Source: a virus
IMG/VR virus record: IMGVR_UViG_3300027736_000027
Location: 46,951-110,950 of that record
Strand: one strand, 5' to 3'
Length of the DNA stretch: 64,000 bases
How positions within the stretch are numbered: the stretch's first letter is position 1; every line of letters starts with the position of its first letter. Positions 61,917 through 64,000 of the stretch are shown in pieces. Under the pieces are notes generated by a model, which had not been told where the DNA came from, did no database searches, and saw only the letters and a list, made by a program, of their open reading frames with translations. A program made the position numbers and the translations under genes.

Positions 61917-63998
61917 CTATGCACAAGAACCGGTAGTGGTAAACATAGTACCATCCCAAGTATACCAATTTACCCCGCTTCCTCCATCTAAATTACCATA
62001 AACGCCAGCCGTCGCTAGGGTTGTTAATGCAGTATCTGAGTAAATAGAAGCACCATTAGCATACGCAGAGGCTAGTGTTGAATCAGTTGCAGTATAGACC
62101 GTAAATGCGGCATTTGCATTGGCTGAACAGAACTTAGGATAATTAGCGTTGGAATATCCGGTTAGTGTTTGGTATGCAGGCGGAGCCGCTGTTGTTGTAC
62201 TCGTAGTGCTGGTTGGGCCAGCAGTTGTGGTACTTGTTGTACTCGTTGGCGCAGCTGTGGTTGTACTCGTAGTACTCGTTGAGGTACTGGTAGTAGTCGG
62301 TGCAGCAGTTGTTGTACTTGTACTGGTTGGAGCAGCAGTTGTTGTACTTGTAGTAGTTGAACCGCCTGCACAAGTACCAGTAGTGGTAAATGTATTACCG
62401 TCCCAAGTATACCAAATGGTTCCGCCACCTCCATCTGAATTACCATAAATGGCAGCAGCAGCTAGGCTACTTAATGCAGTGTCTGAGAAAATCTGAGCAC
62501 CATTAGCATACGCAGAGGCTAGGGTTGAGTCAGTTGCAGTATAGACAGTAAATGCTGCATTTGCATTAGCTGCACAGAATTTAGTTGAATTACTATTAGA
62601 ATAGCCGGTTAGTGTTTGGAATGATGGAGCAACCGTGGTCGTACTAGTAGTACTAGTTGAGGTACTTGTTGTACTGGTTGGAGCAGCAGTTGTTGTACTG
62701 GTAGTACTGGTTGATGTACTCGTAGTAGTTGGGGCTGCAGTAGTTGTACTGGTAGTACTAGTTGATGTGCTTGTAGTAGTCGGTGCAGCTGTTGTTGTAC
62801 TTGTAGTACTGGTTGATGTACTGGTAGTAGTTGGGGCTGCAGTAGTTGTACTGGTAGTACTAGTTGAGGTACTGGTAGTACTCGTTGATGTACTGGTAGT
62901 ACTAGTTGAGGTACTGGTAGTACTCGTTGATGTACTGGTAGTACTGGTTGAGGTTGTTACTCGAATTACTGGTATATTAATAGTACAAGTAGGTGAAATA
63001 AATTTATAAGTTCCATATGAACTATTAATTGCTCCCAAATAGTAATTTTTTCTATCAAATACCCATGGTGTTTTAATTCCTGCACCTAAATAGTATTGAA
63101 TTCCACTGTCTAATTCAGTAAACATAACTGAATATGGGCCGATTGGCGAGCCTATAAAAGTTATAGTGGTTGGATTATTAAATGGATTAGGGGTTGCAGT
63201 TAATGAGTTTGCGCATGACGCTGTTGTTGTAGATGTGGTAGAGGTAGATGTAATTCCACCAGCATAGGCTTGAGTAGTTGTCGTGGTTGTATTAAGCTCA
63301 GGTACCGGTACGGAAATTGTATACGAACAGTTTGATGAATTTGTAAATACATATGTTCCAACAGTAGATGGAATACCTGAATAGTTTGGATTAGATAAGT
63401 TAAAATTCCAACCTAAGCTAATCATTGATCCAATTATTCCGGTTAAGTCGTGTACTCCTCCTAATGAATCGGTAAATACGACATTAAATGGCCCAGCTGG
63501 AGTTCCATAAAAAGTAATTTGAGTTGGTGCTAATACACTAGGTATTAAATAATTTATTAAATTAGGCGCACATGTAGTAGTTGTAGTTAAGTTAAGCGTA
63601 GTTGTTGTACTTGTTGAACTAGTCGTAGTTGTGATACTCTGGCCTTGAATTAAATAAAATGGACTAAATGAATCTACCTGTGCATAAATTAATCGGCTTG
63701 CATAGTTTGGAATATATAAATCTCCTGCAATATCTCCAACCTTAACGGTTTCATCAACTAGAACTGAATCAACCTCATGAAATATTTTAATTAAATTAAA
63801 CTCGGCTTCACTTAGTGATTGAGGTACTTTAAATTTAACAATTGCTCCAGTTGGATAGATTCCAGTTGGATCGGATATTGTATATGATAATATTGTATTA
63901 CTTAATGAATAACCGGTAGGTAAAGTGGCAGAGCCGGCGGTTAAATTAGGTATTTTACAAATAGTAATTGGGCCAGGCTCAGTTGGGGTTCCAATTAT
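61917..63998 (-). CDS. Mucin-like Thr/Ser/Pro-rich protein with duplicated Cys-bounded domains; 5' end lies beyond the window
   Basis: Frame is open from 63998 to the listed ATG at 63425 (hand translated); TTSTSTSTT and TTTAAP tracts; two ~85-aa near-identical domains. Confidence 0.8.
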   Translation of the reverse strand: MIGTPTEPGPITICKIPNLTAGSATLPTGYSLSNTILSYTISDPTGIYPTGAIVKFKVPQSLSEAEFNLIKIFHEVDSVLVDETVKVGDIAGDLYIPNYASRLIYAQVDSFSPFYLIQGQSITTTTSSTSTTTTLNLTTTTTCAPNLINYLIPSVLAPTQITFYGTPAGPFNVVFTDSLGGVHDLTGIIGSMISLGWNFNLSNPNYSGIPSTVGTYVFTNSSNCSYTISVPVPELNTTTTTTQAYAGGITSTSTTSTTTASCANSLTATPNPFNNPTTITFIGSPIGPYSVMFTELDSGIQYYLGAGIKTPWVFDRKNYYLGAINSSYGTYKFISPTCTINIPVIRVTTSTSTTSTSTSTTSTSTSTTSTSTSTTSTSTSTTSTTTAAPTTTSTSTSTTSTTTAAPTTTSTSTSTTSTTTAAPTTTSTSTSTTSTTTAAPTSTTSTSTSTTSTTTVAPSFQTLTGYSNSNSTKFCAANANAAFTVYTATDSTLASAYANGAQIFSDTALSSLAAAAIYGNSDGGGGTIWYTWDGNTFTTTGTCAGGSTTTSTTTAAPTSTSTTTAAPTTTSTSTSTTSTTTAAPTSTTSTTTAGPTSTTSTTTAAPPAYQTLTGYSNANYPKFCSANANAAFTVYTATDSTLASAYANGASIYSDTALTTLATAGVYGNLDGGSGVNWYTWDGTMFTTTGSCA

Positions 63999-64000
63999 TT

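Noticed and set aside
1-64000. Stop-codon reassignment, as seen in some large phages
   Set aside because: Conserved genes are full-length in the standard code, coding density is high, and TAA, TAG and TGA all occur at plausible gene ends.

Overview
This AT-rich window reads as a gene-dense segment of a large T4-like (jumbo) myophage genome in the standard genetic code. The host is probably Bacteroidota, an inference from DUF3127/DUF4494-like genes, AT-rich starts without Shine-Dalgarno sites and a signal peptide followed by Gln. All family calls come from motifs recognised by eye; no searches were run. Contents: (i) lysin, nuclease and DNA-repair genes (M23+GH19 lysin, PD-(D/E)XK nuclease, Nei/Fpg, UvsE, DEDD exonuclease, guanylate kinase, ATP-dependent ligase). 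(ii) Many proteins whose N-terminus resembles the T4 capsid-targeting sequence, including two nucleotidyltransferases, a NUDIX hydrolase, ATP-grasp proteins and annexin-like or pre-toxin-like membrane proteins. (iii) A T4 beta-glucosyltransferase-like gene beside an FkbM methyltransferase. (iv) Morphogenesis and regulatory genes (baseplate gp26/gp51/gp6-like, gp15-like, both terminase subunits, a sigma factor, PhoH). (v) A tmRNA with an unusually long tag. (vi) A locus of about 21 kb in which two protein-O-glycosyltransferase-like enzymes accompany Ser/Thr-rich structural proteins. One enzyme is a GT4 + Aah/TibC-like fusion and the other resembles plant SERGT1/HPAT. The structural proteins include a 3852-aa protein with 1149 in-register, Pro-free Gly-X-Y triplets and a mucin-like protein. 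This locus is the best candidate for an undescribed system: a phage-encoded glycosylated fibre or 'glycocalyx'. Two candidate programmed frameshifts and two promoter classes, one apparently leaderless, were also seen.
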